Shown: positions 10,168-18,953, numbered from the stretch's first letter. The stretch is 64,000 nucleotides of DNA from a bacterium (GCA_021851895.1 JAJZQJ010000004.1:9127-73126), one strand, 5' to 3'. Notes: a model not told the origin generated them from the letters alone. Made by a program: numbers and translations.

Positions 10168-10536
10168 ATGATTCAACCACGTTCAATAGTGAAGATTGCG
10201 GATAACACCGGAGGAAAGATCGGTCGTATCTTCAAGGTCTTGGGTGGCAGCAAGCGCCGCTACGCAGGACTCGGGGATATCGTCGTCCTTTCTATCCAGA
10301 CCGCAGAGCCTCGCAAGACAGTGAAGAAGGGTGACGTTTGTAAGGCAGTTGTCGTTCGCCAGGCGAACGCACAGCGCCGTGCGGACGGTTCATACATCCG
10401 TTTCGATGAGAACGCAGTCGTGCTTCTCGATGCAAAGGGAGAGCCACGAGGCTCACGCGTCTTCGGACCAATCCCACGAGAGCTCGTTGAGAAGGGCTTC
10501 CAGAAGATCGGTACTTTGGCCCCTGAAGTTATCTAA
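10168..10536 (+). CDS. rplN: 50S ribosomal protein L14
   Basis: MIQPRSIVKIADNTGGK...IRFDENAVVLL...FGPIPREL. Confidence 0.9.
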   Translation: MIQPRSIVKIADNTGGKIGRIFKVLGGSKRRYAGLGDIVVLSIQTAEPRKTVKKGDVCKAVVVRQANAQRRADGSYIRFDENAVVLLDAKGEPRGSRVFGPIPRELVEKGFQKIGTLAPEVI

Positions 10537-10705
10537 TTAGGTGCGCGTATTTTTGACACATATTGCATGCTTCACTTTGCGACTCGCTCAATGGGCAATG
10601 AGCCCATCTCGCTTGAGTTCGCAAAGCTCCAGCATAGCAATCTGTATTCAAAATTACTTTGCACGTACGCAACTCATAAAATTATAAGTAGCAATAAAAA
10701 CTAAT

Positions 10706-10924
10706 ATGGCAAACTTCAAAAAGGGAGACACTGTTGTCGTTCTCGCGGGAGATGACAAGGGCAAGAAGGGCAAGGTCCTTCACGTGTTCACGCGAGAGGG
10801 TAAGGCGCTCGTCGAGGGCATCAATATCAAGAAGGATCACATCAAGCCTCGTGAAGAGGGTAAGAAGGGTCAGGTTATTGATAAGCCACATCCTGTGAAC
10901 CTCTCTAACCTCAAAGCGGCGTAG
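10706..10924 (+). CDS. rplX: 50S ribosomal protein L24
   Basis: MANFKKGDTVVVLAGDDKGKKGKV KOW motif. Confidence 0.85.
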   Translation: MANFKKGDTVVVLAGDDKGKKGKVLHVFTREGKALVEGINIKKDHIKPREEGKKGQVIDKPHPVNLSNLKAA

Positions 10925-11093
10925 TGAGAAGGAAGAAGGAAGAAGTAAGAAGGAGCTGTAAAAGCAATTCTTGATTTCTCCTAAGGATCCTCTTGCATTT
11001 ATAAGGAATTAAATTCCATTGCAGAATGGTACAGTGAGTGTGCAGTGACAGTAGGTGGCTCTAGCTTCTTACTTCTCACTTCTTACTTCTCAC
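10925..11093. repeat. heptamer-built inverted-repeat element, copy 1 (arms of tandem GTRAGAA units flanking ~100-nt core)
   Basis: left arm gtgagaaggaagaaggaagaagtaagaagg, right arm cttcttacttctcacttcttacttctcac; sits inside the operon between rplX and rplE. Confidence 0.8.
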
Positions 11094-11115
11094 TAATCTC
11101 TGTAAAAACACATAT

Positions 11116-11748
11116 ATGGCAAAAGTACAAACAATGAAGGAGAAGGCACTCGCTGCTTTCCCTCTCATGAAGAAGGAGTTCGGTTACACGAACCCAATGC
11201 AGGCACCAAAGCTCGAGAAGGTACTCGTTTCAGTCGGTACTGGTAAGTTGAGTCGTGGTGACAAGAAGCGCACAGAGTTTATCGTGAGCCGCCTTTCGAC
11301 CATCACTGGACAGAAGGCATCACCACGAAAGGCAAAGAAGTCGATCGCTACGTTCAAGCTCCGTGAGGGCGAGATCATCGGTCAGCTCGTTACGCTTCGA
11401 GGAGCACGCATGTACGCGTTTCTCGACAAGTACCTCAACATCGCAATTCCACGTACGAAGGACTTCCGAGGTTTCTCGGTGAAGTCGATCGATGCGATGG
11501 GTAATGTGACGTTCGGTATCAAGGAGCACACGGTGTTCCCTGAGCACGCAGATGAGAACCTCGCAGATGTCTTCGGTATGGCGATCACGATCGTCACGAA
11601 CTGCAAGACAAAGGCAGAGGCTGAGGCATTCCTCACGAATCTTGGTTTCCCATTCCGTCCTGAGGCTGAGCTTGCGACCCGTCGCGGACTCAAGCGTTCA
11701 AAGAAGGGTGGCATGGCAACCAACATGACGCGCGGAAAGAAGAAGTAA
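11116..11748 (+). CDS. rplE: 50S ribosomal protein L5 with C-terminal extension
   Basis: L5 core motifs; extra ~30 basic residues at C-terminus. Confidence 0.9.
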   Translation: MAKVQTMKEKALAAFPLMKKEFGYTNPMQAPKLEKVLVSVGTGKLSRGDKKRTEFIVSRLSTITGQKASPRKAKKSIATFKLREGEIIGQLVTLRGARMYAFLDKYLNIAIPRTKDFRGFSVKSIDAMGNVTFGIKEHTVFPEHADENLADVFGMAITIVTNCKTKAEAEAFLTNLGFPFRPEAELATRRGLKRSKKGGMATNMTRGKKK

Positions 11749-11764
11749 TTCTCTTTCTCGCACA

Positions 11765-11792
11765 AAAAGAACCCGAAAGGGTTCTTTTTCGT
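11765..11792 (+). terminator. rho-independent terminator after rplE
   Basis: agaacccgaaagggttct + ttttt. Confidence 0.7.
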
Positions 11793-11810
11793 TCGTGCTA
11801 TACTATATAT

Positions 11811-12347
11811 ATGAAACTACGGTCACGAAGCGGTTTTACACTCATTGAATTATTGGTGGTCATTGCGATCATTGCCTTGCTCTCGAGTGTTGTACTCGCG
11901 ACACTTTCCACGGCACGTGCGAAGGCACGAGATGCACGCAGAATACAGGATATCAGGCAGTTGCAGCGTGCGATCGAACTCTATGCCGATGATCATGGTG
12001 GCCTCTATCCAACATCGGCGAATTTCGCGACGGTTGCGGATGTGGGTACGACTACCGCATATGGATCGAAGCGCATCACGAGTTCTGTTTACACGACTTG
12101 GGAAACCGATCTTGGACCGTTGCTTGCTCCGTATTTCTCAAAGATGCCGAAGGATCCGATCAATGTCGCGCCATATAGTTATGACTATCTTCCGGATGGA
12201 TATTCGCAATGTCCATCGTCGGCTCCGATGGGGAGTACGACCAAGTATGCGATCATCTTCTCTACTGAAGTGAATACGTATGACCTTTCACCACTTGAAG
12301 CACCGACATATCTTGGCGCAATCGGACGATATTGTGTGACCCCATAA
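11811..12347 (+). CDS. type IV pilin-like protein (prepilin N-terminal domain); paralog of 34635..35165
   Basis: MKLRSRSGFTLIELLVVIAIIALL...; shares ...LYADDHGGLYPTSA... and C-terminal RYCVTP with 34635..35165; preceded by tgctatactatatatATG. Confidence 0.8.
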   Translation: MKLRSRSGFTLIELLVVIAIIALLSSVVLATLSTARAKARDARRIQDIRQLQRAIELYADDHGGLYPTSANFATVADVGTTTAYGSKRITSSVYTTWETDLGPLLAPYFSKMPKDPINVAPYSYDYLPDGYSQCPSSAPMGSTTKYAIIFSTEVNTYDLSPLEAPTYLGAIGRYCVTP

Positions 12348-12350
12348 GAT

Positions 12351-12377
12351 AAAAAGACCCGATTGGGTCTTTTTTAG
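12351..12377. terminator. bidirectional terminator
   Basis: agacccgattgggtct flanked by A and T runs. Confidence 0.7.
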
Positions 12378-12961
12378 TGGAGCAAGTCGGCATGCGAAAG
12401 CTCAATGTGAAGAAGTTCGCAATTCGCATAAAGCGCCCTGCAGTTGCATGAAGGACTCTCGAATTCTGACTTGAGGTGTGTGATTGCGAGTGCGCTTCGT
12501 GCGAGAAAGCGAACGCGATCATCATTCTCAGCTCTTAAGGCAGCCGCTTTTTCGAATGCAGTATCAAGCACTCCTTGGAGTAGGGCAGATGCGATACTTT
12601 TATCGCTGTAATCAGCCCTGTCAGCGAGCGCATTTTCGTAGATGCGCGAAAGCATGTGTGCACGACGCTCGAGCAGGGCATAATCTTTCTTGAGTACGCG
12701 AAGCGACAGTGATTTCGCTGCATGCTGTTCGTCGAGTTTCCGATAGTGCATGCAGAGAGATTTCAATATCTCCGCGTGGAGAAGTGCGGGATCTCGCTGT
12801 GCATAATTCGTGATCGCCCGACAGAGCATGTGTAGCGCGCGAACGCAGTCATGCTGTAATCGTATAAAGCGTTTTTGTTTTATGATGATGAGCAGCTTGG
12901 CGCCGAGTGCGCCAAACGTGAACAGGAGAGCAATAAGGAGCATGTTGTGGAGGGAAAGCAT
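12374..12961 (-). CDS. hypothetical membrane-anchored protein (ORF extends to 13030)
   Basis: N-terminal TM helix then helical domain; ATG at 12961 with ggagaag RBS. Confidence 0.45.
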   Translation of the reverse strand: MLSLHNMLLIALLFTFGALGAKLLIIIKQKRFIRLQHDCVRALHMLCRAITNYAQRDPALLHAEILKSLCMHYRKLDEQHAAKSLSLRVLKKDYALLERRAHMLSRIYENALADRADYSDKSIASALLQGVLDTAFEKAAALRAENDDRVRFLARSALAITHLKSEFESPSCNCRALYANCELLHIELSHADLLH

Positions 12962-13075
12962 GATCTTCTCCGCCGTGATCTCACCATAGAGTACATGAGC
13001 ATGGGTATCTGTCAAAAATGTATTGCGCATTCAGTCTATTGATGATAGAAACGGTACAGAACGAAGGAGAGTGTC

Positions 13076-13645
13076 ATGAGTATTGCCATTGTTCTCGATG
13101 GACGGGAAATCGACATCACGCATCCGCGTGAGGTCTCTGCGAGTGATCGAAAGCTTATCGCCAAGTGCTTGGAAAAGGATTGGAATGACTATATCGATCT
13201 ACAAGTAGAGGAAATGGAGACCGATGGTCGGGGTGTCAGCCCACTTGCGGTGCAGGTATTCGAGTCTGCTCGGCTCGTACGGAGACTCTACCTTCCGAAA
13301 GAGAAGATGGAGAATGATGTCGAAGAGACTTACCGCGTAGGGAGATTCACGGTGAAGTTGCTGGCTTCTTGTTGCCCTACGCTGAGCAGTATGCATATCA
13401 CCGTTGTGCATGCTGGCCGTCGCTTCGCGCAGATATCGTTTCACGTGAATCCGTATGGAACTCCGCACTATGATACCGACCGCTTCAACGAGCGAAATCG
13501 TTTGAATCGGGCTTTCATCGATGCGGTGCTCAGATTCAAGGAGTCCGCGCGCACTGATGTCGAACGTATTGTGATCTTTCACAATCTGAGCCATCTCACG
13601 TTCGCCGCGTACCCGAACTATTTCCGTCGCCGTCTGCAGAAGTGA
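13076..13645 (+). CDS. hypothetical protein
   Basis: RBS aaggagag; terminator ccccgtgttgcacgggg + T-run at 13652-13678. Confidence 0.5.
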   Translation: MSIAIVLDGREIDITHPREVSASDRKLIAKCLEKDWNDYIDLQVEEMETDGRGVSPLAVQVFESARLVRRLYLPKEKMENDVEETYRVGRFTVKLLASCCPTLSSMHITVVHAGRRFAQISFHVNPYGTPHYDTDRFNERNRLNRAFIDAVLRFKESARTDVERIVIFHNLSHLTFAAYPNYFRRRLQK

Positions 13646-13699
13646 GATCAAATGCCCCGTGTTGCACGGGGTTTTCTATTGGGAAGAATACGTTCGATA

Positions 13700-13722
13700 T
13701 GAAAAACCCGCCATGGCGGGTG
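13700..13722 (-). terminator. terminator for 13727..14275
   Basis: acccgccatggcgggt hairpin followed on the minus strand by ttttt. Confidence 0.6.
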
Positions 13723-13726
13723 TCGT

Positions 13727-14275
13727 TTATGCGTAGATGACGAAATTATCCATTTCAGCCATTGCGATCGCACAGCGTCGGTAGGCGAAGAGGGGTTCCG
13801 TATTGTCCGCGGCTCCTGCATCTCGTGCAGCTTGTTCCGCACGCTCGATCGCGCGCGCCAGCATGAGACTTGGCTTCAGGGAGCTTGCTTTTGCTTTCTT
13901 GATCGCACGCGGAAGTTTCTCCGCGAAGAGCTCATTGCACGCTAGGGCAAAGCGATCTTCGTCGAGGTGTGAGAGCAGGAGCGGTGACGTAATGAATTCC
14001 ATCTCTAGAATGAAACAGCGCATTGCGAGAAGTTTCGGGACGAGGGCAGGAAGAGATAAGGTTCTTTCTTCAAAGGACTTACGGGTCGCGGTGATTGACG
14101 CGCACATGTCCGTCATGCTCCCGACGGGCAGGGCTGGGTTCAGTGCAAAAGTATGGCAGGCTTCCTCGAATCTCTTGAGGTCATTTGAAAATGACGAGGT
14201 GATGCGTCGCTTGATGGCTGTAAAAAATAGCCAAATGAAGACGAGTGAGATGAGGAGGGAGAGCTTGAAAAGCAT
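13727..14275 (-). CDS. hypothetical membrane-anchored protein
   Basis: N-terminal TM helix; RBS ggaga; -10 taatat upstream. Confidence 0.5.
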   Translation of the reverse strand: MLFKLSLLISLVFIWLFFTAIKRRITSSFSNDLKRFEEACHTFALNPALPVGSMTDMCASITATRKSFEERTLSLPALVPKLLAMRCFILEMEFITSPLLLSHLDEDRFALACNELFAEKLPRAIKKAKASSLKPSLMLARAIERAEQAARDAGAADNTEPLFAYRRCAIAMAEMDNFVIYA

Positions 14276-14418
14276 GGTGTCTCCAGGGAACAGGGCCTAT
14301 CTTCATATTACCTCCGACCCCAATTGTGTCAAAACGGCCAATGTTAGGGCTATATATGCACTTATGTGTAAATGACGGTTTTTAGTCAATTGGTGAGCTG
14401 GTTTTAGTCATAGATATC

Positions 14419-14448
14419 TTGACTTTTCTTCACTTTTCCGGTAAATTG
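14419..14448 (+). promoter_or_regulatory. sigma70-like promoter TTGACT-18-TAAATT re-initiating the rpsN-secY part of the r-protein cluster, followed by a ~150-nt structured leader
   Basis: hexamers read from sequence; leader hairpin ctccttttgtg...cacaaaagaag. Confidence 0.4.
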
Positions 14449-14603
14449 AGCGAACGGAGATGTCATCCGCCACTCTCCTTTTGTGCCCACTTGGACACAA
14501 AAGAAGTGTTGCGCGATATGCTCTTCGTTTATAAACCCAGCCGCTTAGGAAAGCGTGCTTTTGCGTCATGCAGAAGTACATTCCTTCGCGAAAGCAAATA
14601 AGA

Positions 14604-14789
14604 ATGGCAAAAAAGTCAGTCATCGCACGCTCGAAGAAGACCCCAAAGTTTTCTACGCGCGCAGTGAACCGCTGTTTCAAATGCGGTCGCAAGCATGGTT
14701 ACATTCGCGACTTCGATCTCTGTCGCATCTGTTTCCGTGAATTAGCAAACGAGGGTAAGATCCCGGGAGTAACGAAGTCATCATGGTAG
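14604..14789 (+). CDS. rpsN: 30S ribosomal protein S14 (Zn-ribbon type Z)
   Basis: [12 protein letters not shown]...[25 protein letters not shown]...SW, 61 aa, CxxC...CxxC. Confidence 0.85.
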   Translation: MAKKSVIARSKKTPKFSTRAVNRCFKCGRKHGYIRDFDLCRICFRELANEGKIPGVTKSSW

Positions 14790-15190
14790 TCACCGATCCT
14801 ATCGCAGACATGTTGGTGCGTATCAAGAATGCAGGAGATGCAGGCAAGGCAATTGTCGACGTTCCACATTCTGATATCAAGCTCCGCATCGCAAATGTCC
14901 TCATCAAGGAGGGATTCGTCGAGTACGCGACGAAGAAGATCAAGAAGGTCGGCAATCGCCAGGTTCGTGTGATCGAGATCGGTCTCAAGAATCAGGCAGG
15001 AGCACCTTATATCCGCGGCATGGAGCGCGTATCGCGTTCATCCGTCCGTGTTTACAAGGGAGCAGCAGAGTTGCGCCCAGTAAAGAACGGTTATGGCATC
15101 ATGGTCGTCTCGACGCCAAAGGGAATTATGAGCGACGCACAGGCACGCAAGGAGCATGTCGGTGGTGAAGTCATCTGTAAGGTCTGGTAA
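14783..15190 (+). CDS. rpsH: 30S ribosomal protein S8
   Basis: [18 protein letters not shown]... Confidence 0.9.
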   Translation: MVVTDPIADMLVRIKNAGDAGKAIVDVPHSDIKLRIANVLIKEGFVEYATKKIKKVGNRQVRVIEIGLKNQAGAPYIRGMERVSRSSVRVYKGAAELRPVKNGYGIMVVSTPKGIMSDAQARKEHVGGEVICKVW

Positions 15191-15191
15191 T

Positions 15192-15725
15192 ATGTCACGT
15201 CTCGCAAAAAAGCCGCTCGTGCTTCCTAAGGGAGTCGAGGCGAAGCTTGATGGTACAACGCTTACCGTCAAGGGTCCAAAGGGTGAACTTACACGTTCAT
15301 TCCCAGAATTCGTAAAGTTCGTTATTGCAGACAATGCAATCACCGTAAGCATCGATTCAGTTGAGCGTAAGGATCAGCCGATGCTCGGAACCTCAGCTGC
15401 GCTCGCGCGCAATATGGTTGTCGGAGTTACGGAGGGTTTCAAGAAGCAGCTCCTCATCGAGGGTGTCGGCTTCAAGGCAGATGCAAAGGGTGAAGAGCTC
15501 CACATGGCGCTCGGGTTCTCGCATCCTGTCGTCGTTGCAGTGCCTAAGGGACTCAAGGTCACCACAGGTAAGGGAACGATCGACGTCGAAGGTATCGATA
15601 AGGAACTTGTCGGTGCATTCGCAGCTGATGTGCGCGCGCTCAAGAAGCCTGAGCCATTCAAGGGTAAGGGCATCCGCTATGTCGATGAGGTTATTCGCCG
15701 TAAGCAGGGTAAGAAGTCTGCATAA
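15192..15725 (+). CDS. rplF: 50S ribosomal protein L6
   Basis: MSRLAKKPLVLPKGV...GVTEGF...PEPYKGKGIRY pattern. Confidence 0.9.
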   Translation: MSRLAKKPLVLPKGVEAKLDGTTLTVKGPKGELTRSFPEFVKFVIADNAITVSIDSVERKDQPMLGTSAALARNMVVGVTEGFKKQLLIEGVGFKADAKGEELHMALGFSHPVVVAVPKGLKVTTGKGTIDVEGIDKELVGAFAADVRALKKPEPFKGKGIRYVDEVIRRKQGKKSA

Positions 15726-15730
15726 TACTA

Positions 15731-15823
15731 AGTAAGAAGGAAACAGTAAGAAGTAAGAAGGAAAAACTAGAACGTATTTGCGCTTCAGGATCACCTTCTC
15801 ACTTCTCACTTCTCACTTCTCAC
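15731..15823. repeat. heptamer-built inverted-repeat element, copy 2
   Basis: left arm agtaagaaggaaacagtaagaagtaagaagg, right arm ccttctcacttctcacttctcacttctcac; between rplF and rplR. Confidence 0.8.
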
Positions 15824-15834
15824 TACTTAAACTT

Positions 15835-16188
15835 ATGATGAATAAAACACAGCAAAAGCAGTACAACCTCATGCGCCGAAGCAATCGCATTCGCGCAAAG
15901 ATCGTTGGAACTGCAGCAAAGCCTCGTCTCGCGGTCTTTCGTTCGACCGTACACATGCAGGCACAGCTCATCGATGATGTGAAGGGAATCACCCTCGCAG
16001 CCGCTCATGACCTCAAGGACATGAAGGGTACAAAGATGGAGCGCGCAGTCGCAGTGGGCAAGCAGCTCGCAGCAGCCGCAAAGGCAAAGGGTATTACAGC
16101 AGTCGTCTTTGATCGTGGAGGTTTCCTCTACGCAGGTCGCGTCAAGGCACTCGCAGATGCAGCTCGCGAAGGCGGTCTCGTCTTCTAA
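15835..16188 (+). CDS. rplR: 50S ribosomal protein L18
   Basis: ...RLAVFRS...[17 protein letters not shown]; start moved to ATG 15835 because the ORF's 5' end is the repeat arm. Confidence 0.85.
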   Translation: MMNKTQQKQYNLMRRSNRIRAKIVGTAAKPRLAVFRSTVHMQAQLIDDVKGITLAAAHDLKDMKGTKMERAVAVGKQLAAAAKAKGITAVVFDRGGFLYAGRVKALADAAREGGLVF

Positions 16189-16202
16189 TTCGAAATATCT
16201 AT

Positions 16203-16883
16203 ATGGAAGCAAATAACAAGACAGCAGAAGCAGCAGCTCCAGCAGCAGCTCGCCCAGCAGGCGCACGCCCAATGGGTCCTCGCACTGGTGGACGCCCAGG
16301 TTTCGGTGGTGCTCGCGGTGGTGCTCGCGGTGGCCGTGATGGTCAGCGCGGAGGTCGTGACGGTCAGCGCGGAGGTCGCGCAGAGCGTCCAAAGCCTGAG
16401 TTCGACCAGAAGTCGATCGACGTTCGTCGCGTGGCCCGCGTGGTCACCGGAGGTCGCCGTTTCTCATTCTCAGTTGCGATGATCATCGGTGACCGAAAGG
16501 GTCGCGTTGGTGTCGGTACGGGAAAGGCAGGAGATATCTCTCTTGCTATGGAGAAGGCAGTGAAGGATGCAAAGAAGCACATGATCACTGTCCGCACGAC
16601 GAAGTCACATTCGATCGCGCATGACGTTAAGGCAAAGAGCTCTTCGGCGATCATTGAGATCCGTCCAGCTCCAGAGCGCGGTCTCGTCGCAGGTTCAGCA
16701 GTACGTAACGTACTTGAGCTTGCAGGTGTGACTGATGTCACCGCGAAGATCCTCTCGGGAAGCAAGAACAAGCTTAACATTGCCCGTGCAACGATCGTTG
16801 CACTCGAAAATCTCCGTGCGCCAAAGAAGGCGAAGGAGGCCGCTCCAAAGGTCGAAGAGGTGGCAGCAGAAACTAAAGCGTAA
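16203..16883 (+). CDS. rpsE: 30S ribosomal protein S5 with N-terminal RGG-repeat extension
   Basis: S5 core RVARVVTGGRRFSF...; N-terminus GGARGGARGGRDGQRGGRDGQRGG. Confidence 0.9.
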   Translation: MEANNKTAEAAAPAAARPAGARPMGPRTGGRPGFGGARGGARGGRDGQRGGRDGQRGGRAERPKPEFDQKSIDVRRVARVVTGGRRFSFSVAMIIGDRKGRVGVGTGKAGDISLAMEKAVKDAKKHMITVRTTKSHSIAHDVKAKSSSAIIEIRPAPERGLVAGSAVRNVLELAGVTDVTAKILSGSKNKLNIARATIVALENLRAPKKAKEAAPKVEEVAAETKA

Positions 16884-16888
16884 AACAT

Positions 16889-17320
16889 ATGCAGTTAAAT
16901 GAACTCAAGCGCGCAAACGCAAACATCGGCACAAGTCGTGTCGGTCGTGGTGGTAAGCGCGGAAAGACCGCAGGTCGTGGTACCAAGGGTCAGAAGGCAC
17001 GTTCAGGACATCGCATCCGTCCGAATATGCGCGATATCATCAAGAAGTATCCAAAGCTTCGTGGCTACAAGTTCTCTTCAACAGAGGTGAAGCCAGAGGT
17101 GGTGAATCTTGCTGTGATCGAATTGCATTTTGAGAATGGTGATACCGTTTCTCCTGCAACACTCATCGAAAAGAAGCTCGTACGTAAGTTCGCTGGTCGC
17201 ACCCCAGAGGTCAAGATCCTCGCAACAGGTGCGCTTTCAAAGAAGCTTACTGTTACTGGATGCATTCTCTCTGCGGCCGCAAAGGCAGCAGTAGAGAAGG
17301 CTGGTGGGAAGGTTGCGTAA
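16889..17320 (+). CDS. rplO: 50S ribosomal protein L15 (no L30 gene between S5 and L15)
   Basis: GRGGKRGKTAGRGTKGQKARSG motif. Confidence 0.85.
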   Translation: MQLNELKRANANIGTSRVGRGGKRGKTAGRGTKGQKARSGHRIRPNMRDIIKKYPKLRGYKFSSTEVKPEVVNLAVIELHFENGDTVSPATLIEKKLVRKFAGRTPEVKILATGALSKKLTVTGCILSAAAKAAVEKAGGKVA

Positions 17321-17420
17321 TTATCCAATAGTGTAAGCGTGCGGAGTCGTGCTGCCGCAGCCCATGTTTCATGAGTTGCGCACACACTCCGACTGCTTAC
17401 TACTTCTAAACATTACGCGT

Positions 17421-18692
17421 ATGACCAACTTCTTCAATAAGGTCCACGCGATCTTCGCGGATCCAGTGCTCCGTCGCCGAATGCTCTTCACGATCGGCGC
17501 ACTCGTACTTTTCCGCCTTGCTGCGGCAGTGCCTATTCCAGGTGTTGACGCAACACGACTCGCGCGTGTCCTCGAGCAAAACCAGTTTCTCGGTCTGCTC
17601 AATGTGTTCTCTGGTTCCGGTTTGGGCAATCTCTCGATAGTGATGCTCGGTGTCGGTCCAAGTATCACTGCATCGATCATCATGCAGCTCCTTACGATGC
17701 TCTCGCCGAAATTGAAGGCGATGTATCACGAGGAGGGCGAGCTTGGTCGAAAGAAGTTCTATCAGGTAAGTCGCTTGATCACCATTCCACTCGCGCTCAT
17801 TCAGGGTTTTGGACTTTTGATCTTGCTTCGTAATCAGGGCGTTTTGGGCGCATCGACTCCGTTTACATTGTTCATGAACGTGCTCGTCGTGACGGCAGGA
17901 TCGATCCTCCTTATGTGGCTCGGTGAACTCATTACGGAGTTCGGTGTCGGAAACGGCTCCTCGCTCATCATCTTCGCAGGTATCGTTGTCCGTATCCCGA
18001 GCATCATCGCTCAGGTTGCGGCGAACTACACACCTTCTGACATCCCTATGTATATCGGATTTGCAGTCGTCGCATTCGGCGTTCTTGCAGCGATCATTTT
18101 GATGTCGGAGGCGGAACGTCCTGTTCCGATAACCTATGCGAAATCGGTTGCAGGCGGTCGTCAGATCGGTGGTGTTGCCACCTACTTGCCACTTCGTGTG
18201 AATCAGGCAGGTGTCATCCCAATAATCTTCGCTTTGTCGATGTTCCTCTTCCCACAGCTTATTGGTGGATTCTTGAAGGGACTCGCAAGTCCGACCGCAC
18301 AAAGTATAGGAAACTTTTTGGTGACCTATATCTCAGGCGGATGGATTCACGCAGTGCTCTACTTCTTATTGGTGCTCTTCTTCACGTATTTCTATACAGC
18401 GGTCACTTTCGATCCAGAAGCGATCGCGAAGAATTTGCAGCAGTCAGGAGCATTCATTCCAGGTATACGTCCAGGTGTTTCGACTTCCGAGTATCTCGCG
18501 AAGGTCGTCGCACGTGTGACCTTCCCTGGTGCAGTCTTCCTCGCAGTCATCGCCGTGTTGCCATTCGTGATGCAGAGCATCACCGGCAATCAGGCGCTCG
18601 CGATCGGAGGTACGGCGATCCTCATCGTCGTGTCTGTGGTCACGGATCTTGTGAAGCAGATGAATGCGCAGCTTTCGATGCGCGAATACTAA
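17421..18692 (+). CDS. secY: preprotein translocase subunit SecY
   Basis: 10-TM SecY pattern, N-terminus MTNFFNKVHAIFADPVLRRRMLFT. Confidence 0.9.
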   Translation: MTNFFNKVHAIFADPVLRRRMLFTIGALVLFRLAAAVPIPGVDATRLARVLEQNQFLGLLNVFSGSGLGNLSIVMLGVGPSITASIIMQLLTMLSPKLKAMYHEEGELGRKKFYQVSRLITIPLALIQGFGLLILLRNQGVLGASTPFTLFMNVLVVTAGSILLMWLGELITEFGVGNGSSLIIFAGIVVRIPSIIAQVAANYTPSDIPMYIGFAVVAFGVLAAIILMSEAERPVPITYAKSVAGGRQIGGVATYLPLRVNQAGVIPIIFALSMFLFPQLIGGFLKGLASPTAQSIGNFLVTYISGGWIHAVLYFLLVLFFTYFYTAVTFDPEAIAKNLQQSGAFIPGIRPGVSTSEYLAKVVARVTFPGAVFLAVIAVLPFVMQSITGNQALAIGGTAILIVVSVVTDLVKQMNAQLSMREY

Positions 18693-18722
18693 AAACAAAC
18701 CCCGCAAGGGGTTTGTTTTTAG
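18693..18722 (+). terminator. rho-independent terminator after secY
   Basis: aaacaaaccccgcaaggggtttgttttt. Confidence 0.75.
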
Positions 18723-18749
18723 TACTTCGCACGTCAGCTGCTTTACGGC

Positions 18750-18855
18750 ACTGGTCTTTTCGCCGGGGGTTGCCTCACGCTTCGCCCTCGCCGTACCATC
18801 GTACGTCGTCGGGCTCCAGCGAGGCCACCGCCGACAAAAATCCACAGTGCAATGT
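18750..18855 (+). repeat. ~110-nt long-hairpin dispersed repeat, copy A
   Basis: modules ctcacgcttcgcc / ccgtaccatcgtacg / ggctccagcgagg / gccgacaaaaatcc shared with copies B-E. Confidence 0.75.
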
Positions 18856-18890
18856 ATATTTTCGTTCGGCGCGTGAAACTATGATTTTGA

Positions 18891-18953
18891 AAATAACCAA
18901 CCCTTCGGGGTTGGTTATTTTTTGCATGAAGAAAAACCACCTTGCGGTGGTTG
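18891..18953. terminator. two back-to-back terminator hairpins (bidirectional)
   Basis: aaataaccaacccttcggggttggttatttttt and aaaccaccttgcggtggtt. Confidence 0.65.

Noticed and set aside
17406-18302. 298-aa minus ORF inside secY, and similar long antisense ORFs (49195-50085, 54470-55240, 57360-58235, 40021-40728)
   Set aside because: Each lies wholly within and antisense to a well-supported gene. Compositions are skewed (Cys/His/Arg-rich), so these are antisense artefacts.
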